From NCBI RefSeq assembly GCF_902459465.1, contig NC_047066.1, forward strand, positions 9,796,001-9,860,000: a DNA stretch of 64,000 nt. The letters are read 5' to 3'. Position 1 is the stretch's first letter. Each line of letters begins with the position of its first letter. This document shows, piece by piece, positions 47,625-58,185 of the stretch. The DNA comes from Asterias rubens (Eukaryota). The position numbers and the translations under genes were made by a program. The notes under the pieces are model-generated. The model did no database searches. It was not told the origin of the DNA and saw only the letters and a list, made by a program, of their open reading frames with translations.

Positions 47625-50600
47625 TTAGCGAGAGTGTGAGCGACTGTGGGAGTGCCCTTTGGAGCGACTGGGACTGCGAGATCGGGACCTAGAGTATGAA
47701 CGCTTGTAGTGACGCTTTGGACTGTGGGAGCGTCGAGGACTTCGCTTCGGGCTGTAGTGTCGCTTGCTGATGGGAGAGCGACTTCGGGAACGACTGGAGC
47801 GGCTGTAGTCGGCCTTAACACGGATGTACGATTGATCACCCTGGAGTAAAAACAACACATTCGACAATCAGTGTTGGAGCCACGGTGGGCGGTGCTGGGC
47901 GGGCCTGCCCAGGACTCACAATTTTTGCCCAGCACTCTGAGAAAAATACATTATGCTGCCCAGCACAGATTTCAAATATTGTCAATTTTGCATTGATCTG
48001 AGACAGAGCTAATGATGAGGAGTGAGAAAGAACACAATCCAAAGGCCATTCAACTTATTGCATGGCCCCATATCACAAACAGTTTGGGAACCTGGCCCCA
48101 CTTCAGCAATAATGGCTCCATAATTTTTTTTATTCTTACATGTAATTATTAATTACATGTAAGAATACTTTTTTTGATCCCCTTGCCCTTCTAACAAATC
48201 TTGATTTATTGCCAACCACTAAAATTGGTCTAGCTACAACCCTGTCGACAATAGTTATAGAAAAGTCTTTTCAGACTACTAATTTACTATTAAAATCTAC
48301 CTACATGTACATGATGTTGATAAGGACTGCACTGGGATCAGTGTCAGGCATACCATAGATCATTATCAGAATCCAACAGTTTGGTTGCTGAAGAACCAGT
48401 AAACCACCAAGGGAGGTAGGACTTTTTGTACTCGGTTGAGTACCAGTAAAAAAAAATTTAGATGACTTTCCCAACAACAGAAACTCAGCAAAATTGTGGG
48501 CTGACATTTAGTCAAACAACCCACTTGATGCCATGAAGTTGATTTGAATATGCACTGCCGCTACTACTAGTAAATGGCCCAATTTCAAAGAGCTGTTTAA
48601 GCAGATTACAAATATAGCTAATAAATATAGCTAATTATCAAAAACGAGCAGGATACCACACACAGATGTGACATGGTGTTTTTACTGGTAAGGATACAAT
48701 CTTTTAAGCAAAATCACGCTATTCTTAGCTACTTTTTGAGCTGAAGCAGCTCTTTGAAACTGCGCCCAAACTGCGTGGAATCTAGGGCCGAGTGTTACAA
48801 TATTGGCCTTGATGACCTCCGTCCAAACAAAAAGTGGCTGAAATATATTACCTCATGAGAGCGAAACTTTGAATCATCTAAGGTCTTGACGGCATAGCGC
48901 ATGTCTTCCTCACTCACGTACTCTACTACACCGGTGCAATCTCGATGAACGTCGGCGTAGCAAACATCACCAGCTTCACGCATGTGGTCTTTCAGGTCCT
49001 GCCAGCTACCGGTGGAGGGGAGTCCTGGGCGAGGCAAATTTTTATCATGCAATCATTGAAGACATTTATGTATGTTATATGGAAAGGTTTGTGGTAACAC
49101 CATGTATTGACTATCTCTAAATGAATTGGGGTGGTTCTGAAAAGAACTGTCGGTTTCAACTCAACGTTTCGATCCGTATGCTCTAATTGCTCTAGTTTCA
49201 AATCCTACATTTATGTTAGTTTGATTTTGAAACTTTGAGGGTGAGAAAAACAATGTTGTATAAGGATGTTGAATGGCAGCATATACAGTGCTCCCCAATG
49301 GGTTGAAAATCCACAAGACCACAGAGCATATACATCAGATTTTTTGCTGGACCTGTAAATGATGTAGAATGGCAGCATACAGCGCTCGAATTTGGATTGA
49401 AAATCCATGAGACCACACGGAACTTGCAGCTCAGAATTTTTACTAGACCAGAATTTTGTCCTGGTCTTTAAAGTCATTTGTACATTGTATTGTGAAGCTG
49501 AAAGAATCATAACAAAAGTCTAGGATTCAAATTTCCAAGCATATTCAAACAGAAATCGAGCGTTGAAACGTATGAACTGCAAACGTGTGTCATCATAAGT
49601 GTTATCCAGAGTGAGAGGGGTGTCTGAGTGTTTTTTGGACACCCTGTTTTTAATCAGTGTAACAGACATTTTTAAATTGAATGCAAATTTTGACACCCTT
49701 CTACCAAATCCTGGCTAAAACCTCAGTCATCACAATGTATTTCAACAATTCAAGATTCTTGGCTGTGCTGAAAAAAGAAAAAAAAAAGGAATGACAAAAC
49801 ATCACTATTAGGAAAGTAATGATTGAACAGCTTTCCTTATACCTTACCTGACACGACACACCTGAAATGGGACCTCCTAGGTGGAGGACCGCCTCTCCTT
49901 CCACCTCCGCCTCCACCCCCACCTCCTCCTCCACCACCACCGCCCCCACTGTACCCGCCGCCGCCGCCCCTGGAGCCAGTATTACGAGGGCACTCGACAC
50001 GGAGTTGATAACCATCATAATCATAACCATTTCTGTAGTAAATAGCATCTTCTGCATCCCTGTTGAAAAATATATGTTTTTGTTATAAAGAAAAGACTCT
50101 ATAGAGAAAGACTCAGCTAGGGTCGAAACGTCAGGCCATTAACTATTTTTTGCAAAGAAAAGAGGGCTTAGACTAAATTAACGATAAGTTACAGAGCTGC
50201 GGCGATAACCATTAGCACACCTTGATTGATGAGCTGTAAATGGCTCTCTTTACAGCTCAACAAGGTGGGATACGATAACCGTATGCATATATAGCCAGTA
50301 GCCCTCGATCATTTCCCGCGCTGCGATGCTGATGGGCCAAATTTGGCTTATGTTGGTGTACATCAGATATTCTACATAAATTTTAAATAAAGCACTGTTC
50401 ATCATCATTACTTCTAGATTACTAGAAACTATGAGCCTTGGTACATCATCATTCATCGTACTGTGTAAAAATAACCACTGAATCAAAGGTAACGTCATCT
50501 GCATGAACCATCATAGAATGTAGTAACACTAGTCTGAAATGTTATTTGTTAGGTAACTATACTTTTTAATATAGGCCTACTTCACATTCACAATATTATT

Positions 50601-51065
50601 GAGTCGTTAAGTAAGCTTACCGTTGAAAATACAAAATTCACAGCATACAAAACAAACAAAAATCACAGCCAGAGAGGCAGTGTATTTGCCAATTTACTTT
50701 TCCATGATTTTACTTCTTCTTCTTTTTTATTATTAAGTAAGGAGTAAAAATAATGGTAAAAAAATGAATGGTTCAAAATAATAAAACTAAAGGCCAACCG
50801 ACCGAGTTTTAAAATAATAAAATACATAAAATGTATACCTTTTATCCTCGAACTCCACAAAGGCGAAAGGTGGTCCAACAGACTTGTTTTTCAAGTCAAT
50901 TTTGTTGATTCTACCATACTTGAAGAAGATGTCTTCGATGTCTTTGTCACGGATATCAGGAGGTAGATTACCGACGTAGATTCGGCCGTCTGTGGGACAA
51001 CCACTGTCACGGCCGCGCGATGAGCCTCCGCCACCACCACCACCACCTCGGCCGTAGTACGCCAT
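47625..51065 (-). CDS. SRSF1: SR splicing factor SF2/ASF, single co-ortholog of SRSF1/SRSF9. Exons: complement(50839..51065, 49848..50059, 48852..49024, 47625..47840)
   Basis: RRM1 ([17 protein letters not shown]), Gly linker, pseudo-RRM [27 protein letters not shown]|[10 protein letters not shown] domain. Confidence 0.95.
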
Positions 51066-52226
51066 CGTTTTTACAACAAAAACAGAGCCTCGGAAAAGTG
51101 ATCTGAACTCAAATGTTTCCCTTTAACCGGTCACGAAACGAGTTGGTTCAAGTTCAGGGAAAGGAAAAGGGGGAAAACGGGAGATATTCACTGTTAAAAA
51201 TAGCAATGTTTTGTCAAAAATGAATTCACACACGAGGTTCGCAAGTAAGGAAATTGTTGTGCTCTATGATGCGATGCTTGAGTTCTCTGTGCACATGCGC
51301 AATTCACGGTACGGGACGGGCATGCGCACACATCGCGTCCCCCTAAACAAAATAATGGAGCACAAAACAGGCACAATCAATCGGTCATCCGATGCTTGAA
51401 AGCGTCACAAATCTATCCGTAGCGCGCACGTTAATGAGGTTAAAGATCAAATCCTGAATTTTCTCTGCAAAGCATTCATCGGTATTCCTGCGTGACCTCG
51501 GTATGAATGTTTAATTAGTCAAAAGAAATTAGTCAACAGAAATTTATGTAAAAGTACAAACTGCTTAGAGTTTTTGCTCGGTGTTGTGACGCATATGGGA
51601 AACTTAATATTATTTTCCTCTCATATAAATGCCCTCAATTACCCAACTTTTCAAGGTTACAATGCTTTATTTATTCGTTTGTATGAAGCATACAATCATG
51701 GGAAGTAATTTAATTGAAAGTTTGCAGAACATATTAAAATTCTGTACGTGTTGCGGCTTGTTTTTTCGTGTACCTATAGTGTGCACTACCTTGGGGGGGG
51801 GGGGGCTATTGCACTCGGTATGTTGGATACGTCACGAGCTTTAACAACACCACGCATGTCATGTGGCGTTTGTTACGAGCTGCTGTAGCACATCCTCTTT
51901 AGAGCGAATAGGAACAGAACGTTTTGATATATCTACCAATCACCGTCCAGCATACCTGCATAATTTGTTACAAGCTACCGAGAGCAAGCTACCGAAATGA
52001 CCAATCAGAAATGTAGAAACAGGTTACCGCGGAGCCTGTTATCAAACAAGTGGATAAAGAAGGGGGGGTCAAGGGAGGGGCGCCCGGCAGAGCATATCCC
52101 ATGCAGGTAGTGTAAAAACACAATCAATTGAGAGATTTCACCATAAGAACAAATTCCAGAGACGAGAGAGAGACCAAGAGCTACTCCCAAAAAATCCGGA
52201 AAATTCACAAATTTCAGGATAACTTG
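51066..52226. promoter_or_regulatory. SRSF/DYNLL divergent promoter region with two candidate non-coding DYNLL first exons (donors 51244/51245 and 52226/52227)
   Basis: GCAA|GTAAGG and CTTG|GTAAGT donors; CCAAT boxes near 51935 and 52000; acceptor CTGCAG| at 53078. Confidence 0.5.
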
Positions 52227-53097
52227 GTAAGTATTTGATTGAATATTTTAGTAAATAAATTTTTCAAAATTATCGATGATGATACTATAAAATTAAGAAT
52301 TTTGAATTGGAAATTGTGTGTGTCATGTATGTGACCATCATCAGTACTTTGGCGAAAATTAATAACCGAGTGACTTCCACCGCTGGTGGACGTGATGTAT
52401 GCATGCCCATGTAGGACCTGTTGGTCTACTTCTACCTCCATGGTTTTTGGACCATGATTGGACCAGACCCTTCCGTTCAATTTCAACGCAACGGAGTCGA
52501 GGGAAACTTGTCTCTCTTGAACCTTTTGGGCCTCTCTATCGCATACGTTTTCAAGCATCAAGCGTCATTAACCCGCAATAACCGGTTCCCTGTTTACTAG
52601 ACGCAAGTGAAACGATTCACAGTACACGGAACATATTTACGATTCATGTGAGGCCTTTTTGCTGAGTTAATTCACTAAAATCTTCACAATACTGAAATTT
52701 TCTACCCAAATTTACGGTTGTTTTGATGTATAAAGCTCACTCCGAGGTTCATTCTAGCTCATTGTGGAGGTATGGATCAACCATTCTGTGATAAGGGGTG
52801 TTCGCGCAAATCGCCCCGTCTTTAGCGCGCTATGCTTGAACAGCACCCATTTCCACTGCATTATCGCGTTATAAATCTTTTTACAGCAAAGCATATCGTG
52901 ATACTCTGAAAATGTCTTCGAGTGATATATTCACCACAATAAAAAAATTGCGCCTAATGATATTATAAAATAATGTCTAAAACTAAAAGCCTTCAAATAT
53001 TCTGCAAGAAAAATGGCAGCGTAAAAAATATTCTGCATTTTTTTTTTACAACTTTTGTTTCCTCTTTCGTTCCTGCAGAAATACAACAATCATCACT

Positions 53098-53367
53098 ATG
53101 TCTGAACGCAAAGCAGTAGTCAAGAATGCCGACATGGCCGAAGATATCCAGCAAGACGCCATTGAGTGCGCAACCCAAGCCATGGAGAAGTTCAACGTGG
53201 AAAAGGACATTGCCGCCTACATCAAGAAGGAGTTTGACCGGAAGTACAACCCCACCTGGCATTGCATCGTGGGTAGAAACTTTGGCAGCTACGTCACTCA
53301 CGAAACCAAGCACTTCATCTACTTTTACCTTGGCCAGGTTGCCGTGTTGTTGTTCAAGTCTGGATAG
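53098..53367 (+). CDS. DYNLL2: Dynein light chain LC8 (co-ortholog of DYNLL1/DYNLL2), uninterrupted CDS
   Basis: 89 aa, [46 protein letters not shown]. Confidence 0.97.
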   Translation: MSERKAVVKNADMAEDIQQDAIECATQAMEKFNVEKDIAAYIKKEFDRKYNPTWHCIVGRNFGSYVTHETKHFIYFYLGQVAVLLFKSG

Positions 53368-54580
53368 ATGCAGCTCTACAAAAACCATGCTAATCTTGTG
53401 ACAATGTAAATAGCTTAAAACTGGAAAGTCCTGACTTCTCAGCATCGATGATGGCGCACTTCCGAACCCGATGTCTATCACCACGCATGAGCCAGCACCC
53501 ATTGGCATCTGCCCCAGACTATCGTACATGCAGACACATAGCGCTATATGCAGTTGTTTGTACAAAAGCTATATGAACCCAAACAATACTAAATAACTTG
53601 AAGTACTATTACGCCTAGACATGTTTCCCTTTGTAATTATTGGTCGATGCCTTTAGCTAAGTTCTTTACAAAAAGAAACGTAAGCAAATATTGTTCCCTT
53701 TGTGCTGCTGAGTAATGTACTAGACCATTTCGAAAATTCATTAACCATGAAAAATAATCACATGGTTATCTGATTACCAGCAAAACTTTTGCCGAGTTCA
53801 CATTTATCTTCTAAGTATCATTGCTTAAATATAAAGCTCTCCGAGAACACACAAAATAAAATGTCATCCAGAACAACTGGCTAACAAAGTGATATTATTT
53901 TTTAGAGCGAAAAGGAAGGTAGATATTAAAAAAAGGATAAGTTTTTTAACATAAAGTATAACAATGATTTTGCGTGTAATACTTGGTCTGATTTACTGAC
54001 GGATTAGGCTAGTAAAAAAAATCACAAAGATGTGAAAAGCGCGATCCACGCATGCCACAACAGCCGCCTCAAAATAATTATAAAAAAGCAAGACGGTTAA
54101 AGATGAGCTGTTTTGTCATAAAACGGAACGAAAGTCTATAAGATCATTATTTCCTGTCTCGACCTCTTTAATATTATACCAGGAATGATCTTATAATCAA
54201 ACGTGTTCGAGTTGAGCTGTATTGAAGGGCCGCGCATCAGCGTCTCTGGCTATTTCTGTTGGCTGCATTAGCGACTTGTAAGAAAGATTTCAGTGATCCT
54301 GCCATTGGCAGATTGTAAAAGCCATCTTTAAAAACGACCTCGTATGATGTATAGACAATTACTTAGACTATACAAAACATGTTCTGACAAACAAAAGTTC
54401 AAGCAAATTTTCAAATTCGTCAAATCTTGTCCATTCAGTATAGTGGGCCAGTTTAGTGCGAAGTGGACACACTGGATAGAGGCGTTGTAAAGTTGCCACT
54501 GGTGCCTCGAAACAAGAGCTTTTGAGTCGGCCCGTATCCGAAATGGCGGCTATGGCTATACGGCTGGTGCTAAGTATAAA

Positions 54581-54611
54581 CATGGAGCAATAAACTAGAA
54601 TGGAGCAATAG
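54581..54611. mobile_element. P-superfamily-like excision footprint with templated filler; 7-bp TSD GTATAAA
   Basis: GTATAAA-CATGGAGCAATAAACTAGAATGGAGCAATAG-GTATAAA (54574-54580 and 54612-54618). Confidence 0.65.
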
Positions 54612-54670
54612 GTATAAACCATACTTCAACGGTGAAATATAGCCGTAGCTGTAGCCGTCAATTCTGACAC

Positions 54671-54827
54671 GGCCCCAAGTCAGTCACAGAGGCCACAAAA
54701 ACGATAACGATAAAAATGCACGCCTTCGATTGGTTGAAATGCTCCACGCAGAATACGCCCATATACGCTCATTCAACCAATCGAGGGCGTGCATTTATAT
54801 CGTTATCGGGGCCTGTGTGACTTGGCC
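54671..54827. mobile_element. Hairpin MITE (Harbinger-like)
   Basis: Nested inverted arms CCAAGTCA..ACAG.GGCC / GGCCTGTGTGACTTGG and ATGCACGCC.TCGATTGGTTGAA / TTCAACCAATCGAGGGCGTGCAT. Confidence 0.6.
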
Positions 54828-56462
54828 TTTATAAACCCTCACCCTGGCTGTCCTCCGTGTGCATCATCACCACGCAGCACATACCCGACGATTATTAGAA
54901 GAACAACGTGACACCCGACGAAGTTACTGAGGAAAAGAAAAAAAACAAAGAAGAGTATTGCCAAGCAACAACTGCAACACATTAAATTTGTAAATTTAGT
55001 TCAGTTTACTTATAACATTAAAATGTAGAGACACAGGAAGGAGGCCGGTTCTCTATTTAAAAACGACGAGCATTCACATAATGCCAAAACCCATGTGATG
55101 ACGCCCACAATATAAAGTGCAAAAATATAGTTAATGGCTTGACTGACGTTAAAATTCGGCCCTATCAGACTCTTGCTCGAAGTCTACAATGACAGCACAA
55201 CAAACATAACCATGCTTGGTGTAACCATGTGTAACCAAGGAGGTAGGATTAGAAAATTAGCTGCTAAGTGGAAATAGGCGACATGACATGAGAGCCAGAA
55301 AGAGAAAACACAGGGGGAAAAGCAAGCCGTGTAAACACGGGGTGGTGTAAGGGACTGGTTTGACACAAAATAAAGTATACAAAAATTATAACACATTGCA
55401 AAGTAATCTCAATGGAAGTAGGGTTATACACGTTCACTACGATTATGTTGTATTTTGATGGGGTTAAGGGGGGGGGGGGCTAAACAAAATATACATGTAT
55501 TGGGTTGGTCACGGAGCCAGTGTCCCACAAGGAAATCCTGGCCATTATGTGAAATGAGTAAGGTGAAATTAACATGGAGGCGAAGGATGATGATTCAAAA
55601 GAGCTAGGGCACTATCGGAAGAAATGGTGACATAAGCTCTTGCCATAAGCTTAGGGCGTTTTGAAGGGATAAAGTCAATCACCCATATGCCTCCAAAACA
55701 GAGAATTTATACACACTTTTTATTGAAAGGGAAAACACAAACACAGCCTTTATTCTGTCCCGATGGGAAGTTAACATGGGCTGGATGGGGAGAATTCAAA
55801 AGAGGGCGCTATCAGAAGTACTATTTAGTACATAGTTCGCCGTGGGGTGGGGGTAGGGGCGGGGACGTGGGACGGAATCTCCTGCCACACTGGCCCTACG
55901 TACCGCGTTGATGGGGGTTACACCAGACACTTTTTTAAAACTTGCTAAACAAGTCATCCAACTATAGTTAATACAAAATAAAGTTTAGTTGGCACCAGTG
56001 CTTTATAAAACGTTTTGAGATGTTTTCCCCGAGCATTACAACGATTTTATGTCTGTGACTGCTGTCTATCCACTGTCAAGCTCAATTGTGTTTCTTTTCG
56101 GAACAGAAAACAATAATTTCTGCACCGGGTGTTTACACTCGTTTTATTGTCCCAAGACACTTCTTGTTATCAAAACACCTGAATCAATTCGGTTTTTTTT
56201 TATTCCCTTTCACTCAGATGCACAACCATCGAGTTTTATATTGACGTTTTTGTTTTACAATTATTTAATATAAACTGATCAATGATGTTCCAATGACCAG
56301 GCTTGATACCAGCTGATCCGGTTAAGCGAAGTGGAAACTTGGGGTGCGTTCGTTTAGCTTCCCTGGGTCGACCCCGGTGTGTGGCGGGGTTTTTTTCCAG
56401 GACGAACGTGTGCAGATAATTACCCACGTTTTTGGGGTTTTTTTTGCTACTTTTGTACTTAA

Positions 56463-56835
56463 AGCACTGGGCAGTATTGGTGATAACTAAGACAAATTGC
56501 TCTCAAACATGAAAACTTCGAAACATGCAATTAATGGAGAGCTAGCTGTTGGTAGTATAAAACGATTTGAGAAACGACTTCGTCGGGTAGTTTTTGAGAA
56601 AATGAATATTTTTCACTCAAGTATTAAAAGACTTCATGCCGTAAGCCTTTTGTACGGCATCTGAAAGCATACAAATGATTTGCAACAAGGGTATAATTAT
56701 TTTTTTCTTTCATTATTCTCTTTCAACTTCGGTGACCAATAATTTTGAGTCCAAATTTTCACAGGTTTATTACTTTATGCACTATGATGGGATCCAAGTG
56801 AGAATACTGGTCTTTGGCAAATACCAAAGATGTCC
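56463..56835. mobile_element. Diverged Kolobok-type MITE
   Basis: TTAA|AGCACTGGGCAG start; body homologous to 35270..35648. Confidence 0.65.
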
Positions 56836-57147
56836 CGTGCCTTTTATAAGCAGCTATATGAAATTGGGCACCGTACACAAATTAGTATATTATGCGGCTT
56901 CGGTCTGAGGTTTCTCCGAAGCTGATTATTGCCAACCTACCAACATTTTCACAAGTCAAGCTTGCTCTGCCGTCTTGATATTAAAGGGAAGGTATACATG
57001 CCTATGTTTGGTAATCCCTCTTCAATTCCCTTCTTCAATGGGGAAAAACAATAGTTAGAACCAGCAGCTTTCGATATAGTATAAAGCATTTTGACAATTT
57101 TATTATTTCACTTCAAAGTAGTGTGGTTATGTAAAAAATAACGTTAA

Positions 57148-57968
57148 ATTCACCTGGAAATAGATTTTATTTTTTCTTCAAACATTAGAGTATAATGTTT
57201 CTGAACAATAAACTAATTTTTTTAGTAATTGTTTTTAACGATTTAAATGTTTAAAACAATAAATAAAGTTGTGTGGGGAGTGACTCCGCCTACCCCTATT
57301 GTGACGTCAATCGAGGCAGACTTTGCCTCGATCGAATATCGAACACACGTACGTGCAAGTACATTCAAGTCCTAGTCGTGAGTTTGTACGTTTCGAAAAA
57401 GTTTTTCTTCTTGCATTTTTACGGCAATGTCGACCAGGTGTATTGCTGCTGGATGCACCAAAACAACTAAAGATGGGGTCAGTTTGCAAAGTGGTCCGGT
57501 CCGACGTCTTTTGCGCTGTGCAGCAAACACTTCGAGCCGTCATGCTTCGAGAATCCGGAATACACTACACATTTTGACATGAAGGGAAAAGTTCTTTTCT
57601 AAAACATGACGCCATCCCAACAATTTTTCCAGCTAGTGGGGAAGTCCAAGAAGGTACCTGAAAGACGAAACGAACCTAAAGGAGCATTTGCCTAACGTGA
57701 AAAAAATCAGGTATTGTTTCAACTTTGAGGCCATGTTTTTAGCTTGTGCCAAGCGTCACTATCTTGTTTTGGCACTGCATGAGATTCATCGCGCCTCGAT
57801 TGACGTCATGAACAGCGCCCCTCGGGTCGGGCTTTTTTTCAAATTTGTAAATAACATGGAAACTATTTTTTTAAACCTTAGTTAATTGTTTATTCATATT
57901 CCACTCATCAAAACACATATTTCAGTGACAAAAGCTTTATTTTGACAAAATACCACTTCCAGGTGACT
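57148..57968 (+). mobile_element. Non-autonomous Kolobok element retaining a decayed THAP-domain exon (57427..57710)
   Basis: TTAA|ATTCACCTGGAA ... TTCCAGGTGACT|TTAA; internal 16-bp IR TGACGTCAATCGAGGC (57302) / GCCTCGATTGACGTCA (57793); frameshifted MSTRCIAAGC...W...LCSKHF...LKHDAIPTIFP. Confidence 0.8.
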
Positions 57969-58185
57969 TTAAAACTGAAAGAATTGACGAAACAAAATCT
58001 CGCCCACCGAAACTCTATAAATGCTTAGGACAACATTGAGCCTGGAAGTTCGATGACACAATGTAATTCTCATGGTCAAAAACTAATAACGTTAAAACTG
58101 AAAGAATTGAACAAAAAAAAACTCGCCCACTTGAAACTCCATAAATGGTTAGGACAACATTGAGCCTGGAAGTTCGAATACACAA
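57969..58185. repeat. 123-bp tandem duplication starting at the Kolobok right-hand TTAA
   Basis: TTAAAACTGAAAGAATTGA at 57969 and 58092. Confidence 0.8.

Noticed and set aside
49271-49420. tRNA-Phe-like anticodon loops (TTGAAAA)
   Set aside because: No acceptor, D or T arms.
49701-50057. Apparent frameshift in SRSF exon 2 suggested by the ORF track
   Set aside because: Re-reading the bases gives an intact frame (…[19 protein letters not shown]|G) with a 212-nt, phase-consistent exon.
52993-53565. 190-aa minus-strand ORF
   Set aside because: Antisense shadow of the LC8 CDS.
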